NCBI GenBank assembly: GCA_951406725.2
Contig: OX597831.1
Coordinates: 65,534,001-65,598,000 of the forward strand
DNA length: 64,000 nucleotides
From: Octopus vulgaris
Taxonomy: Eukaryota
Direction of reading: 5' to 3'
Position numbers and translations under genes: made by a program. The notes under the pieces are model-generated. The model was not told where the DNA came from and searched no databases. It worked only from the letters and a program-made list of their open reading frames with translations. Position 1 is the stretch's first letter. Every line of letters starts with the position of its first letter. This document shows positions 50,050 through 62,386 of this stretch, one piece after another.

Positions 50050-50505
50050 AATATACCATTCTGTTATATCATTGCACAAAGGAATTTATTGATTATGCTA
50101 GCTTCTGGTATGTGCAACATACTATATGACTCCGTACTTAACTTCTGGTAGGACCAATTCTTCACCAATAGCATTAGGCGTTCTGGATTTCGCAATCACT
50201 AATTAAATTTTGTAAGAGGCGCATAACCATAATATCTTGACACTGGTACGAATTAAAACACACTTGACATTGTCAGCTGTTTACAAAATTAGCCTGGAAA
50301 TGCTTCAAAATAAGATGGATCTTATTTGTCTTGTCAGCATGGACGTTTTTCAAGTGCTTTTCTAATCTTGAATGTTTCATGAATTCATTGGAAAATACTT
50401 ATTGGTAATCCAGGCAAATAACTTGTTTCTAAGTGATGGAATAAAACCTTAAATTTAATATTCGATACGTTATAGCCAGAATTTCTTCTTAGATTCTGCT
50501 GTTGT
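50050..50505 (-). pseudogene. hAT-Charlie/Buster transposase N-terminal remnant
   Basis: AESKKK..GFIPS..FSNEFMKHSRLEKHL..HADK and ASYKI*LVIAKSRTPNAIGEELVLP match ZBED5/Charlie-type motifs. Confidence 0.7.
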
Positions 50506-50708
50506 TGTATGTATAAAAAATATATTATAACAGATACATAAATTGTTTATTTTTTGCAATATTAATTAAGATATGCTATCACAATATTCAATATAGGCAA
50601 CAGTTATATGAGGACTAATAATTTGTATTTTGTTCTATTTATTCATTTCTCTTTACCCTCCAACATTTCCTACAACAACCTTGCTTTGCAATGTCACTCT
50701 TGTATGTA

Positions 50709-51010
50709 TGTTAGGGCATCCTTCTAGGAGAAGGTAACTCAGGTAACTGGGATAACTCCGACATAAAACCTGCGGCTCAGTGGTTACCGATGATGTTGAC
50801 TTTTTCTTCTTTTCGGATTATGGCTGCTGTTGCTTAGTGAGTGGGATTGACCTTTCCTCACTTAAAAAAAATCTTCTTGCACAGGAATTGCACGATAACA
50901 ACATTGATTAAGTTTCGTGCAATGGCCATACTCGATAACGAGGGAGCAGCCACCATGTATGTATGTATGTATGTATGTATGTATGTATGTATGTATGTAT
51001 GTATGTATGT
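50709..51010 (+). mobile_element. Short RTE-related element ending in (TATG)n
   Basis: gggcatccttctaggagaagg...ataaaacct resembles the RTE 5' UTR block at ~23836-23877. Confidence 0.45.
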
Positions 51011-51559
51011 ACGTCGTATGTGTGCATGCATAAGTATGTATGTAGGTAGGCAGGCAGGCAGGTATTCATATGCCCCACATATACGTGTTAATGTATGCAC
51101 ACGAATAAATACACGCGAACACGTGCACATACGTATGCACAAGGCACACACATACACATCTGCATCCCTGACACGCACACACAGCTGGAAGGATGATGAC
51201 ATTATATATTTCAATTTCAGTATCAATACGAATACCACGGTTGTTCCACATTCTCTGCCGAAATTGTCCAAAAGCTGCACCGCTTTTCTAACATGAGATT
51301 ACATTTTAACATCACTGCAGGCACTTGAGAACTGTGCACTTCCAGGATATTTAAGATTGTTTACATATTTTAGTTCAGTCTTACATCTATTCCCAGAAGT
51401 ATGTCTTAGGACAGGTTGATGCAATACTTCTGTTTCGTCAGTGCATTGCAGTGCAGTGAGGCGAAGGTTGTTGCAGGCCTTTGGGAACTGATACGGGGCT
51501 AATATTGCGCAAGCAATCCGTAACCATCTACAAACAATAGTTCACAGTTATTTAAATGC

Positions 51560-52400
51560 TTAAATTTGGTTTTTGTTTACAGTGTGCGAAGATTAAGCAC
51601 TCTGCTGTTATATCACGGCTTAATGTCAATTCAGGTGGAAGTGTTCTAACAGAAAAAATAAATGATGCTGAAAAGGTCAGGTGTTAAGATGCCACCTTGC
51701 TTTACAGCATTTGTGACAGAATATTGTACATATATCGTGACGTATATTTGCCATTTAAATATGGCTAACCCCTAAGGGTGGATGCTACTGTAGTTTGTAG
51801 CCCCAGGAGGACACCTCCTCCAGCTGGCTATAGACACACTTAGCCAGCTGGAGGAAGTGTCCTCCTGGGGCTACAGACTACAGTAGCATCCACCCTTAGG
51901 GGTTAGCCATATTTAAATGGCAAATATACGTCACGATGTGTTGCAGCTACTGTTTATAACTCGCTCTGAGATTTATATTGTACATATATGTTTCCACTCA
52001 CCTGTTTGTGTATATGGTGCACCAATTTTACGATGCACAAACGCGGGTGGACAACCCCTTTCAAAACGGAATCAACATTGGCTTTCAGGCAGGTGATTGT
52101 TAGTGGTAGTAGGGTGAACGAGACGATTCAATGGTTGAAAAGAAGTAAACACCTCTGTTATTGTCGCATGACTCTCTGTTATCCTTGTTCTTGTACAGGT
52201 GAATGAGTGTAGCATTCTTGAATTCTTGAGGATGGCACCTGCTGACCACATGAAGGCAACTAGCTCTACTGCATATAGCTCTACTGCTCCCAAGAACTGT
52301 GTTCCTGGCAATCTGCACCAGATTGTCAATCGCTTTCTCATTTACGTTGGACTGTATGTTAAGAACGTTCAGTACAAGTCCAACTCATTTTTCATGTATA
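51560..52400 (-). mobile_element. Decayed RTE RT fragment interrupted by a fold-back insertion
   Basis: QEFKNATLIHLYKNKDNRESCDNNRG and VTNAVKQGGILTPDLFS. Confidence 0.75.
51734..51937. repeat. 97-bp inverted repeat with 10-nt loop, flanked by a 15-bp direct repeat
   Basis: 51734-51830 vs 51841-51937 with two mismatches. atattgtacatatat at 51721-51735 and 51975-51989. Confidence 0.92.
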
Positions 52401-52540
52401 AGCTTCTTTGTGCTTTTCCATCTGCCGAGAGAAGGGGCAAAACACTCACGCACGCTTTGAAAAAATTAATTCGTGCATTTTTTTTGTGCTCCCTAAATCC
52501 TTTTTTTCTAGCCAGTTATTTTTCCAGTTATTTTTTGTAT

Positions 52541-52948
52541 ACAGGAGTGGCTGTGTGGTAAGTAGCTTGCTTACCAACCACATGGTTCCGGGTTCAGTCC
52601 CACTGCGTGGAATCTTGGGCAAGTGTCTTCTACTAAAGCCTCGGGCCGACCAAAGCCTTGTGAGTGGATTTGGTAGACGGAAACTGAAAGAAGCCTGTCG
52701 TATATATGCATATATATATATGTGTGTGTGCGTGTGTGTTTGTGTGTCTGTGTTTTTCCCCCTAGCTTTGCTTGACAACCGATGCTGGTGTGTTTATGTC
52801 CCCGTCACTTAGCGGTTCGGCAAAAGAGATGATAAAATAAGTACTAGGCTTACAAAGAATAAGTCCTTACAAAGAATAAGACTAAAGGCGGTGCTCCAGC
52901 ATGGCCGCAGTCAAATGACTGAAACAAGTAAAAAGAGTAAAAAGAGTA
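52541..52948 (+). mobile_element. SINE family A
   Basis: Full family A blocks. Confidence 0.9.
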
Positions 52949-53661
52949 TACCCTTGAGTAATACAAACTCTTGAGTAAAATTCAGGGATGGGAAATTGAA
53001 ACGAATTCGAGTTGGTGAAAATATTTTTCATAAACTGAAATCGAACAAGCGTATGATTTAAGTTTTAAATACTGCTATTTGAACTCAAATCGATGAAAAA
53101 TATTGCTTGTTGCTTTTGTCTAGCCCTGATCAACCGTTCTAATCATGGTCATCATCCCATCAGATATAGTGTCCAACATTATGGCACACAGAACATAGTA
53201 TAGGTCATTGTATTACATTATAGTGCTAACATAATGTCTTAATCGGTAAGTCCTACGTTTGCTTTTTAAGACAACAGTATGATTTGAAGGAAATTTGGCT
53301 GCTACTTCTAGCAAGTATATCGACCACGTGTAGGCATCTCTTAGTTTGTATCCCGGGTTTTCCCACGTAACTTTGGGATGATTTTCTATTTAGCAAATCC
53401 TTTTTATGTCGGAGCTTATTGTCACTTTGACTTCGACTCGGATAACCAATACATTCCTCCGCTAAATACTGATTTCATCAAACCTCATTCTATATTATTA
53501 ATCTTCATATTTTTTCAGTTATTCCTTTGCCTACACGGATCCACGAATGGTCATAAAATTGCTCATTTCTGGATCAAAACTATGTTCCTCTAACGTCAGC
53601 TTGTTTTTTTAATTAATCTATATTTACTAAAAACTGATTGTCAAATTGTGATAAAACTTTC

Positions 53662-53871
53662 TATCTTTTACTCTTTTACTTGTTTCCGTCATTTGACTGC
53701 GGCCATGCTGGAACACCGCCTTTAATCTAGCAAATCGACCCCGGGACTTATTCTTTGTAAACCCAGTACTTATTCTATCGGTCTCATTTGCCGAACCGCT
53801 AAGTTACGGGGACATAAACACACCATCATCGGTTGTCAAGCAATGCTAGGGGGACTAATACAGACACACAA

Positions 53872-53928
<57 letters not shown>

Positions 53929-54090
53929 CGACGGGCTTCTTTCAGTTTCCGTCTACCAAATCCACACACAAGGCTTTGGTCGGCCCGAGGCTATAGTAGA
54001 AGACACTTGCCCAAGGTGCCACGCAGTGGGACTGAACCCGGAACCATGTGGTTGGTTAGCAACCTACTTACCACACAGCCACTCCTGCGC
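53662..54090 (-). mobile_element. SINE family A
   Basis: Full family A blocks on minus. Confidence 0.9.
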
Positions 54091-54811
54091 CAACTGATTG
54101 CCAAATTGTTAACAGATTAAGATATTTTTTCGCAAAAAGATGCTTTTTATCTTAAAATGACGACATTGGTTTTTAGACGTTTTAATGAGCTCACTAAATC
54201 TAAATCATTTTATATGTAGTAATTAAACCTGAATAATGAAGACGCATCGTCTATAAAATTATAAAATGATATTTCAAGCAATATTCTGTTACGAACATTC
54301 CATTAATAATGCTGTAAAATGAAATACATTTTAACACATTTTCTTCTGTTTAGTGAAGTGTGGCCTACATCGATATGTATTACAATGCATCAATTTTCCT
54401 TTCTGCTTATTGTTCAATGTATTTGTGGGTTTTCTAGAAATTGCTTAAAACATGTCAAGGGTAACTGAAAAATACTATTTTGGCTATGCGTTACAGGGAA
54501 ATTATGCTTTAGATTGGCTTGTTCAGTAATTTTATAAATTAACGTCTGATAGATCATTTCCTATTTATACAGTACGGAAATGGATTTTTCCAACTTTGTC
54601 TATTTTACTATCTTAAAGGTTAACAACAGCTTATTACTTATGGTTAGAGTTACTTTTCAACGGTATCTGCTACATATATTTATACAGGAAAGTTTTTAAA
54701 ATATAACTCTTCAATTGAACAATAGTTTTACCAATATCGAGTATATGTAAGGAGCGTTTCGAAAAATATCATCACTAGAAGCTAATTTACAGTTTGTAAT
54801 TCCGTATGAAT

Positions 54812-55213
54812 CATCATCATCATTGTTCGACCATGGTCGAGACAATGGAATTTACTATGCTACGCCAGACTTCACGGTCCATCATAGCATTACGGAGGTC
54901 CTGTTGCTGGATGCCTGTATCCCTGGAGATTACATCAGGGTAGGAGAGTGTGCACCCTCTGGTATCGCGAGTAGATGGCTTCCAGTGGAGAAGAGTAGAA
55001 ATTCTACTATATGGCTCAGAAACCTGGACGTTATCAAAGAAGCTTGAGAGGCAGTTGGATGGAACTTACACTCGCCTCCTTATGAGAGCTCAAAATCTCT
55101 CGTGGAGGCGTCATCCAACCAAAGTACAAATATATGGGTAACTACCACCTGTAGTTGCTGGACATTGTTGTAGAGCTGAAAACGAGTCAATTTCTACTCT
55201 TCTCTGGAAGCCA
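54812..55213. mobile_element. RTE 3' fragment with 5' inversion, 11-bp TSD
   Basis: Minus segment with (cat)n tail, then plus segment ILLYGSETWTL. TSD tccgtatgaat (54801-54811, 55214-55224). Confidence 0.88.
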
Positions 55214-55780
55214 TCCGTATGAATACTGTGATCTTGGAATTCTTTTGCACAATTTAATGCTTTCTAATCGTTTAGATTTTGGTTTAATATTTAATGTGAT
55301 TCTATTTCGATTTGCCATATACAACACACCTTAGCTTTACCATATTAAGAAATGCTTTTACTTCGCACGTCTTGTACTGTCTTTAAGGTTGTGAGAAACA
55401 AGCAATGGTTAAAAGATGATGATAATAGTAATAAAAATAGATTAGTAAATTCCTACAATTAAAAGAATTTCTAGAACATGTTGAAATACAGACTCAAGAC
55501 AAAATAAGTTGCCAAACGCTGTTTCAAAACAAATTACTTGTCATTTCCAAAGAATTATATTGCAATAAAAATTCATTTTCATCAATAATTGTATAAATAA
55601 AGGGCCTCAATTGACAATCAATTTACATCGAAACTGAAATCGGTATTATTCTTTATTTTTTTATAAATTTCAACTTGGAATTGAATATTTCATTTCTTTT
55701 TCTCCAATTAACACACATGACTGCAATTTGTTATCTGCATTGATTCTATTTTAGTAACTGCTGTTAGATATTTCTTTGTG

Positions 55781-55947
55781 AAGGCGCAGCAGTGGCTGTG
55801 TGGTAAGTAGCTTGCTTACCAACCACATGGCTCCGGGTTCAGTCCCACAGCGTGGCACCTTGGGCAGGTGTCTTCTACTATAGCCTCGGGCCGACCAAAC
55901 CCTTGTGAGTGGATTTGGTAGACGGAAACTGAAAGAAGCCCGTTGTA

Positions 55948-56043
<96 letters not shown>

Positions 56044-56250
56044 TGTGTCTGTTTGTCCCCCCCAGCATCGCTTGACAACTGATGTTGGTGTGTTTACGTC
56101 CCCGTAACTTAGCGGTTCGGCAAAAGAGACCGATAGAATAAGTACCAGGCTTGCAAATAATAAGCTCTGGGGTTGATTTGCTCGACTATAAAGGCGGTGT
56201 TCCAGCATGGCCGCAGTCAAATGACCGAAGCCAGTAAAAAAGTAAAGAGT
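55781..56250 (+). mobile_element. SINE family A
   Basis: Full family A blocks. Confidence 0.9.
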
Positions 56251-56439
56251 ATACACAAAAGTAATGTCTTCACTTGCTCCATACTTATAGCAACAGTTAA
56301 ACAAGGTTTGCAAATTTTTGAAGCTTTAAATTATCGACCCCGAAAGGATGGACGGTAAGGTCGGCCACGGCAGGATTTGGGCTTAGAGCATACAGAGCCG
56401 GAACTAATAACAGATGCTGGCGTCTTATTTGATCTGTTT

Positions 56440-57263
56440 ATATTTAGCTCCAGAAGGGCAGCGAGCTGGCAGAATCGTTAGCACGCCGGGCGAAGTGCTT
56501 AGCGGCATTTCGTCTGTCTTTAGGTTCTGAGTACAAATTCCGCCGAGGTTGACTTTGCCTTTCATCCTTTCGGAGTCGATAGATTAAGTACCAGTTGCGT
56601 ACTGGGTCGAGCTAATCGACTGGTCCCTTCTGCCAAAATTTCGGGCTTTGTACCTAGAGTAGAAAAGAATATTTAGCTCCAGATGGGCGGCGAGCCGGCA
56701 GAATCGTTAGCATGCCGAGCGAAATGCTTAGCAGTATTTCGTCTGTCTTTTCGTTCTGCTGCCGGGCTCAACTTTGCCTTACATCATTTTAGGGTCGATA
56801 AAATAAGTAGCACTCGAGTATTAGGATTGATGCAATCGACTTCGTTCCCCACCACCATTGCTGGTCTTGTGCAAAAATCTAAAATCAATATTTAGCTCCA
56901 CAAGGCGGTGAGATGGCAGAACCGTAAGAGGCCGGGCAAAATACTTAGCGGCATTTCGTCCATCTTTACGTTCTGAATTTAAATTCTTTCGGGGTTGATA
57001 AGGTAAATACCATTTGAACTCTGGGTTCGACGTAATCAACTAGCCCCCCCCCTCCCTTGAATTTGCTGGCCTTGTGCCAAAATTCGAAACCAATATTTAG
57101 CTCTTCAAAGCGGTGAGCGGGGGAAATGTTTAGCGAAATTTCGTCCGTCTAAGTTCAAATTCCGTCTAGGTCAATTTGCCTTTCGTAGAGAAGGTGAGCC
57201 TCCTCCTCCTCCTCCTCCTCCTCCTCCTCCTCGTCGTCGTCGTCGTCGTTGTTGTTGTTGTTG

Positions 57264-57318
<55 letters not shown>

Positions 57319-57383
57319 GTTTTTTACTTTTTTCTTCAAATTTTCTTCCGTTTCTCGACGAGTGTTTTCCATACACATAGGGC

Positions 57384-57431
<48 letters not shown>

Positions 57432-57714
57432 CATCATCATCATCATCATCATTATTGTTGTTATTATTATTATTGTTATTATTATTATTATTAAGGCGGT
57501 GACCCGGCAGAACCATTAGCACGCCGGACAAAATGTTAAGCAGTGTTTCATCCCTTTTTACGTCTTAAGTTCAAATGTCATCGAGATTGCCTTTGCCTTT
57601 CATCCTTTCGAGGTCGATAAAATAAGTTCCAATTCAGCATAGGGGTCGATGTAATCGACTTGCTCCCTCTTCCAAACTTGCTGGCCTTGTGCCAAAATTT
57701 GAAACCAATATTTA
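56440..57714 (+). mobile_element. Tandem array of SINE family B units separated by a repeated target atatttagctc(ca)
   Basis: Spacer at 56440, 56669, 56888 and 57093. A further unit lies at 57493-57710. Confidence 0.85.
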
Positions 57715-57910
57715 TCAGCATATTGAGAATTTATTCCGAAATATTAAACAGTAATGTTTTTAAATCCAATTTCTTTTCCGTATTTGTAAAAGAAAATTTT
57801 TGAAAAGTAGAGAGATACAACGCAATTTATATATAAAATGTGACCGCGTGTGTACCGTTGGCGATTTTTTTCCCTCCGTCTTCCCTTCTTTGGATCTTTC
57901 CTTTTCCTAT

Positions 57911-57945
57911 GTTTCTGATGAAGAGCTTCGCTCGAAACGTTAAAC
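57911..57945 (+). ncRNA. Minimal hammerhead with extra A after A9, inside pLTR-like fragment 57840-58030
   Basis: GTTT CTGATGA A GAGC TTC GCTC GAAA CG TT AAAC. Confidence 0.7.
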
Positions 57946-58043
57946 CCTCCTTCTTTCCTGATCGTCCAATAATACTATATTTGTTCCACGTCCTCGCGTT
58001 GTGTTTTCTCTTTGTGTTTTCATGTTTTCATATATATATATGT

Positions 58044-58130
<87 letters not shown>

Positions 58131-58608
58131 CATATATATATATGTGTGTGTGTGTGCGTGTGTGCATGTGTGTGTATAGAGAGGAATGAGAAAGAGAGAG
58201 AGAGAGAGAGATAAAGAGGTCAGTGATAGTTTTATAGCTGTAGTTTATTTACATTTGTTTTTATTGTTCCTTCCTTTTTTTAGCTTTAAAGAGTTCGAGT
58301 AGAAATTACTATCTAATAGCAATTTTTCAGACAAGAAGTAGGTTAAGCTTCGTCCTAGTAATTTTTTTTAACCACTTCAAAAAATAAAAAAAAAGGAAGA
58401 AAAAGAAAGAAAATAAAACCAGCTTATTGAAACATTAAACATTATATGTTTTAGTGAATGACGGTATGGGATTTTTTTCTGCACAAACGATATCTGCGAT
58501 GTTGAAAATCTTGAATGCTGAATACAATTTTTAAAACAGTTATTGATACATGCTAAGGTATGCAAAACTAAATGAACGTTTCAAAGGAAAAAAAATTCGA
58601 AGAAATTG

Positions 58609-59005
58609 GGAGTGGCTGTGTGTTAAGTAGCTTGCTTACCAACCACATGGTTCCGGGTTCAGTTCCCCTGCATGGCACTTTGGGTAAGTGTCTTCTACTA
58701 TAGCCTCGGGCCGACCAAAGCCTTGTGAGTGGATTTGGTAGACGGAAACTGAAAGAAGCCCGTTGTATATATGTATATGTATGTGTGTGCATATGTTTGT
58801 GTGTCTGTGTTTGTCCCCCCAACATCGTTTGACAACCGATGGTGGTGTGTTTACATCCTCGTAACTTAGCGATTCGGCGAAAGAGACCGATAGAATAAGT
58901 ACTAGGCTTACAAAGAATAAGTCCTGGGGTCGACTTGCTCGACTAAAGGCCATGCTCCAGCATGGCCGCAGTCAAATGACTGAAACAAGTAACATAGTAA
59001 AAGAG
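58609..59005 (+). mobile_element. SINE family A
   Basis: Full family A blocks. Confidence 0.9.
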
Positions 59006-59348
59006 TTGTAATTACTAACTCTTTGAATGATCTTCATAATGGATCTTAGTTTTGGCCGAGGCTTGGAGTGTTATTCATAATCCCACGTACAGGTAAAAAA
59101 AAAATCCAAACCTGTAAATATTACCTGAATTCAAGGCGGCGAGCTGGCAGAATCGTTTGTACGCCGGGGAAAATGCTTAGCAATATTTTTGTCCGTTTTT
59201 ACGTCCTGAGTTCAAATTCCGCCGAGATCGACTTTATCTCATCCTTTGCTGGGATCAGAAGAAGGTGAAGAACTTCACAGGCCCGTGTAGCTGATAACAG
59301 GACACAAACGACTGTGATACGTATGCATCAAGTAAAAGAAGACAAACA

Positions 59349-59775
59349 GGATCTTTTCGGTTTGAACGGCATTTTTTTCTAGCGGTGTCATATGAAATTG
59401 TCACCCATAATGATGACCCTAGAATCGATCTATTGCATTTCAATCTCTTTTAGGGTTAGGGTAAGGGTCAGGGTTAGGGGTGAGGGACGGGTATCTTTTT
59501 TTCTTCACAAATGTAAATAAACCTCATCTGTTTCTTAAACGAGAGACATATTCATACGGTACAGAATACTTTTTAACTCAATAGACGTCATTGATTGGTT
59601 GAAATTGCAGAAATTGAAGAAAAAAACAACAAATGTTTTACAAACTATAGAATTTTCTCAATAAAGCCAAGAGAAAAAGATGTTTTATAAACACATTCTA
59701 CCAGTATACGAAGTTTAACATTTTTTAGTTACCTAGAAATTATGTTAAAAACTGCCGTTCAAACAGAAAAGATCC
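59349..59775 (-). mobile_element. GGATC-TIR MITE, complete, 8-bp TSD
   Basis: TSD gacaaaca (59341-59348, 59776-59783). Confidence 0.93.
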
Positions 59776-60036
59776 GACAAACAACATCGTTTGGATAAAA
59801 AAAGAAAAATACACTGCAGCTGAAAGAGAATGAGAACGACAACTAAAGCAGTGTAAACCGAAGAACAGGCCGCAAGAATGAATTAATTCGCTGATACTTG
59901 TTTTTTTCCCTATGACCCCTAGTAGAATGGTTGCAGTAACTCACTAATCACCTTTGGAAAAATGAACAAATGTTGTAAACACTGTAGTACCAAAGATCCT
60001 ACATAAGCATGAATTCTATGTTGTTCAGGAAGTAAA

Positions 60037-60345
60037 GTGTGGAGGCACATGGCCTAGTGGTTAGAGCAGCGGACTCGCGGTCGAGGAATCGTGGTTTCGA
60101 ATCTTAGACCGGGCGATGTGTGTGTTCATGAGCGAAAACACCTAAGCTCCACTCGGCTCCGGCAGAAGGTAATGGCGAACTTCTGCTGACTCTTTCGCTA
60201 CACCTTTCTCTCACTTTTTTCTCCTGCATCATGCAGGTCACCTGCGACGGACCGGCGTCCCGTCCAGGTGGGGATCCTATACGCCAAGGAAACCGAGAAA
60301 CCGGCCCTTATAAGCCAGGCGTGGCTCGAGAAGGAACAAACAACA
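60037..60345 (+). mobile_element. SINE family C head with alternative tail
   Basis: tggaggcacatggcctagtggttagagcagcggactcgcgg...gaaggaacaaacaa. Confidence 0.85.
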
Positions 60346-60755
60346 TAGAGGCAAAGTTATAACATCATGGAAAAAATAAAAATGACTAAAAAAGAAACTT
60401 TTTTTCTTTGATACTTCTAGTAGCACGGGCAAGACATTCCTTATTGCCTCCATGCTTTCTCAATTTCGCTAAAAGTAGCATATTGCCCTTGCTGCAGCAA
60501 TGTGTCTGCACACTTCTTGGTTAAGATACAGCTAGACAACACAGCATGAATAACCACCATGGAACATCGAGAACACATTCAAACGCAAAGATATAATGCG
60601 ATGAATTAGAATGAAGCAAAAATGAGTCACAAACGAGTCACAATGAGTCACAATGCAGGACCTGATAGTCGAGACATGTATAACGAATGTTGTTGATTTC
60701 GGACGAACCCTGCTTGTAATTTCTAGAGAGGCCCGAGCTGATCAGATAAAAGCAT

Positions 60756-60986
60756 TGTGGAGGCACATGGTCTAGTGGTTAGAGCAGCGGGCTCGCGGTC
60801 GAAAGATCGCGGGTTCGAATCTCATACCGGGTGACTATTTCGCCACAACTTTCTCCCACTCTTTCCTCCTGCATCTTGCAGCTCACCTGCGACGGACTGG
60901 CGTCCCGTCCAGGTGGGGAACCAATACGCCAAGAAACCGGGAAACCGGCCCTTATGAGCCAGGCATGGCTCGAGAAGGAACAAACA
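60756..60986 (+). mobile_element. SINE (same type as 60037) with 12-bp TSD
   Basis: TSD agataaaagcat (60744-60755, 60987-60998). Confidence 0.88.
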
Positions 60987-61103
60987 AGATAAAAGCATGG
61001 CTGAAAACACACACACACACATCATATATCATCATTGACGATATAACACTCTTTAGTGTCCTTTCGATGAAACAGCCGGCTGTCGCCAGGTACCTAGGTT
61101 AGT

Positions 61104-61319
61104 TATTTCTTTACTATCCACAAGGGGACAAACAAGGACAGACAAACGGATTAAGTCGATTACATCGACCCCAGTGCGTAACTGGTACTTAATTTATCGA
61201 CCCCGAAAGAATGAAAGGCAAAGTCGACCTCGGCGGAATTTGAACTCAACGTAATGCCAGACGAAATACGGCTACGCATTTCGCCCGACGTGCTAACGTT
61301 TCTGTCAGCTCGCCGCCTT
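61104..61319 (-). mobile_element. SINE family B monomer with 18-bp TSD
   Basis: TSD ccaggtacctaggttagt (61086-61103, 61320-61337). Confidence 0.9.
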
Positions 61320-61409
61320 CCAGGTACCTAGGTTAGTGCACATATAAATATGACATTTATTCGGCATATGTTGTTTATTTATTTATCTATTTATTTTGTT
61401 TATGAAATA

Positions 61410-61980
61410 TATTTATAAACAATAACGACATTGGTTATAGCTTTGCAATAAGGCATTTACTGCTTCAGTGGATTTCACATAGCGTGAGTGATAGGGAGTG
61501 TTTGTACTCTCAGCTTTTGAAAACCTGCATCTCTTTGGCCGGGGTGTCTCTTGTAAGATTCTTTGGAAGTTTGTTTCGAATTGTGATATTTTGAATGCAA
61601 AAGAGTTTCTGCTCCGAGTGTAGGCATGAGAGCATTGTATAACGGTGACTTTCATCCTGCATAGATTGTATTGTTGTGAGTGGCCGAGGCTTGCGTGCAT
61701 TTTGTAGAAAACCGTTTTCTACAGCAAACTATCTCCTGTGTTGTTTTCCCCTTCTACTACAGTGAACCTAAGAGCTTTATTTCAGGCTACAGTGAGTTGG
61801 TTGAATATGTTTTGTAAGGAATCCACCCGGGACAGACAGATGCATCTCAGATTGCTTCAGATTTCTTTTTTATAAAGAGGGATACTTTTTCTGTCTAGTT
61901 TACTTGAAAATATTTGCAGCTCTTTTACATGAAGTGGAGACTTTTCTGGCAATGATGAGCCCGCAAGTCCTTTCCCTAAA
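61410..61980 (-). mobile_element. Decayed CR1-type LINE 3' end
   Basis: NSFAFK, NKLPKNL, VFKS and AVNALL occur in the order expected for the CR1 ORF2 C-terminus. Confidence 0.45.
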
Positions 61981-62386
61981 TTCAATAAATATACTTAACG
62001 AGCTTGATTTTGAGTGAAACAAGTTAAAGTAATATTTGAAGTATAAAATACTGTCAGTATGGTAAAAGTATAACAAATCTTGCCAATTGTTATGATTGAT
62101 TGATTGATTCTAGTTTCAGCTCACGAGCTGTGGCCATGCTGGGGCACCGCCATAATTTCAACAGAATGTTGTTCTTAATGTTGATGTTTTTTCATTCTAT
62201 GAAAGTAGAAAGAAATTAATTCGATCCGTTGTAGGAAAATTGTTAAAAACTGGTTGAGACAATCGCTGTACTACAAAATAAATTGTAAACTGGTGTGTTA
62301 TTCTCTAGAACAGAAGGAAAAAAATTAGTTGAAATCGATGTAAAGTGAACAACAATCTAGAATATATTAATACGCAGATAAACTAT

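Larger units (their letters stand above)
59250..60755 (+). pseudogene. Decayed, internally deleted Helitron Rep/PIF1 helicase, interrupted by a MITE and SINEs
   Basis: ITFGKMNKCCKHC..CCSGSKV zinc motif, Walker A remnant FDTSSSTGKTFLI, IALAAA, EAKMSHK, DFGRTLLVISREARADQIKA. Confidence 0.75.

Noticed and set aside
56440-57103. Repeat-spacer pattern as a CRISPR array
   Set aside because: The spacers are homologous SINE units in a eukaryotic genome and there are no cas genes.
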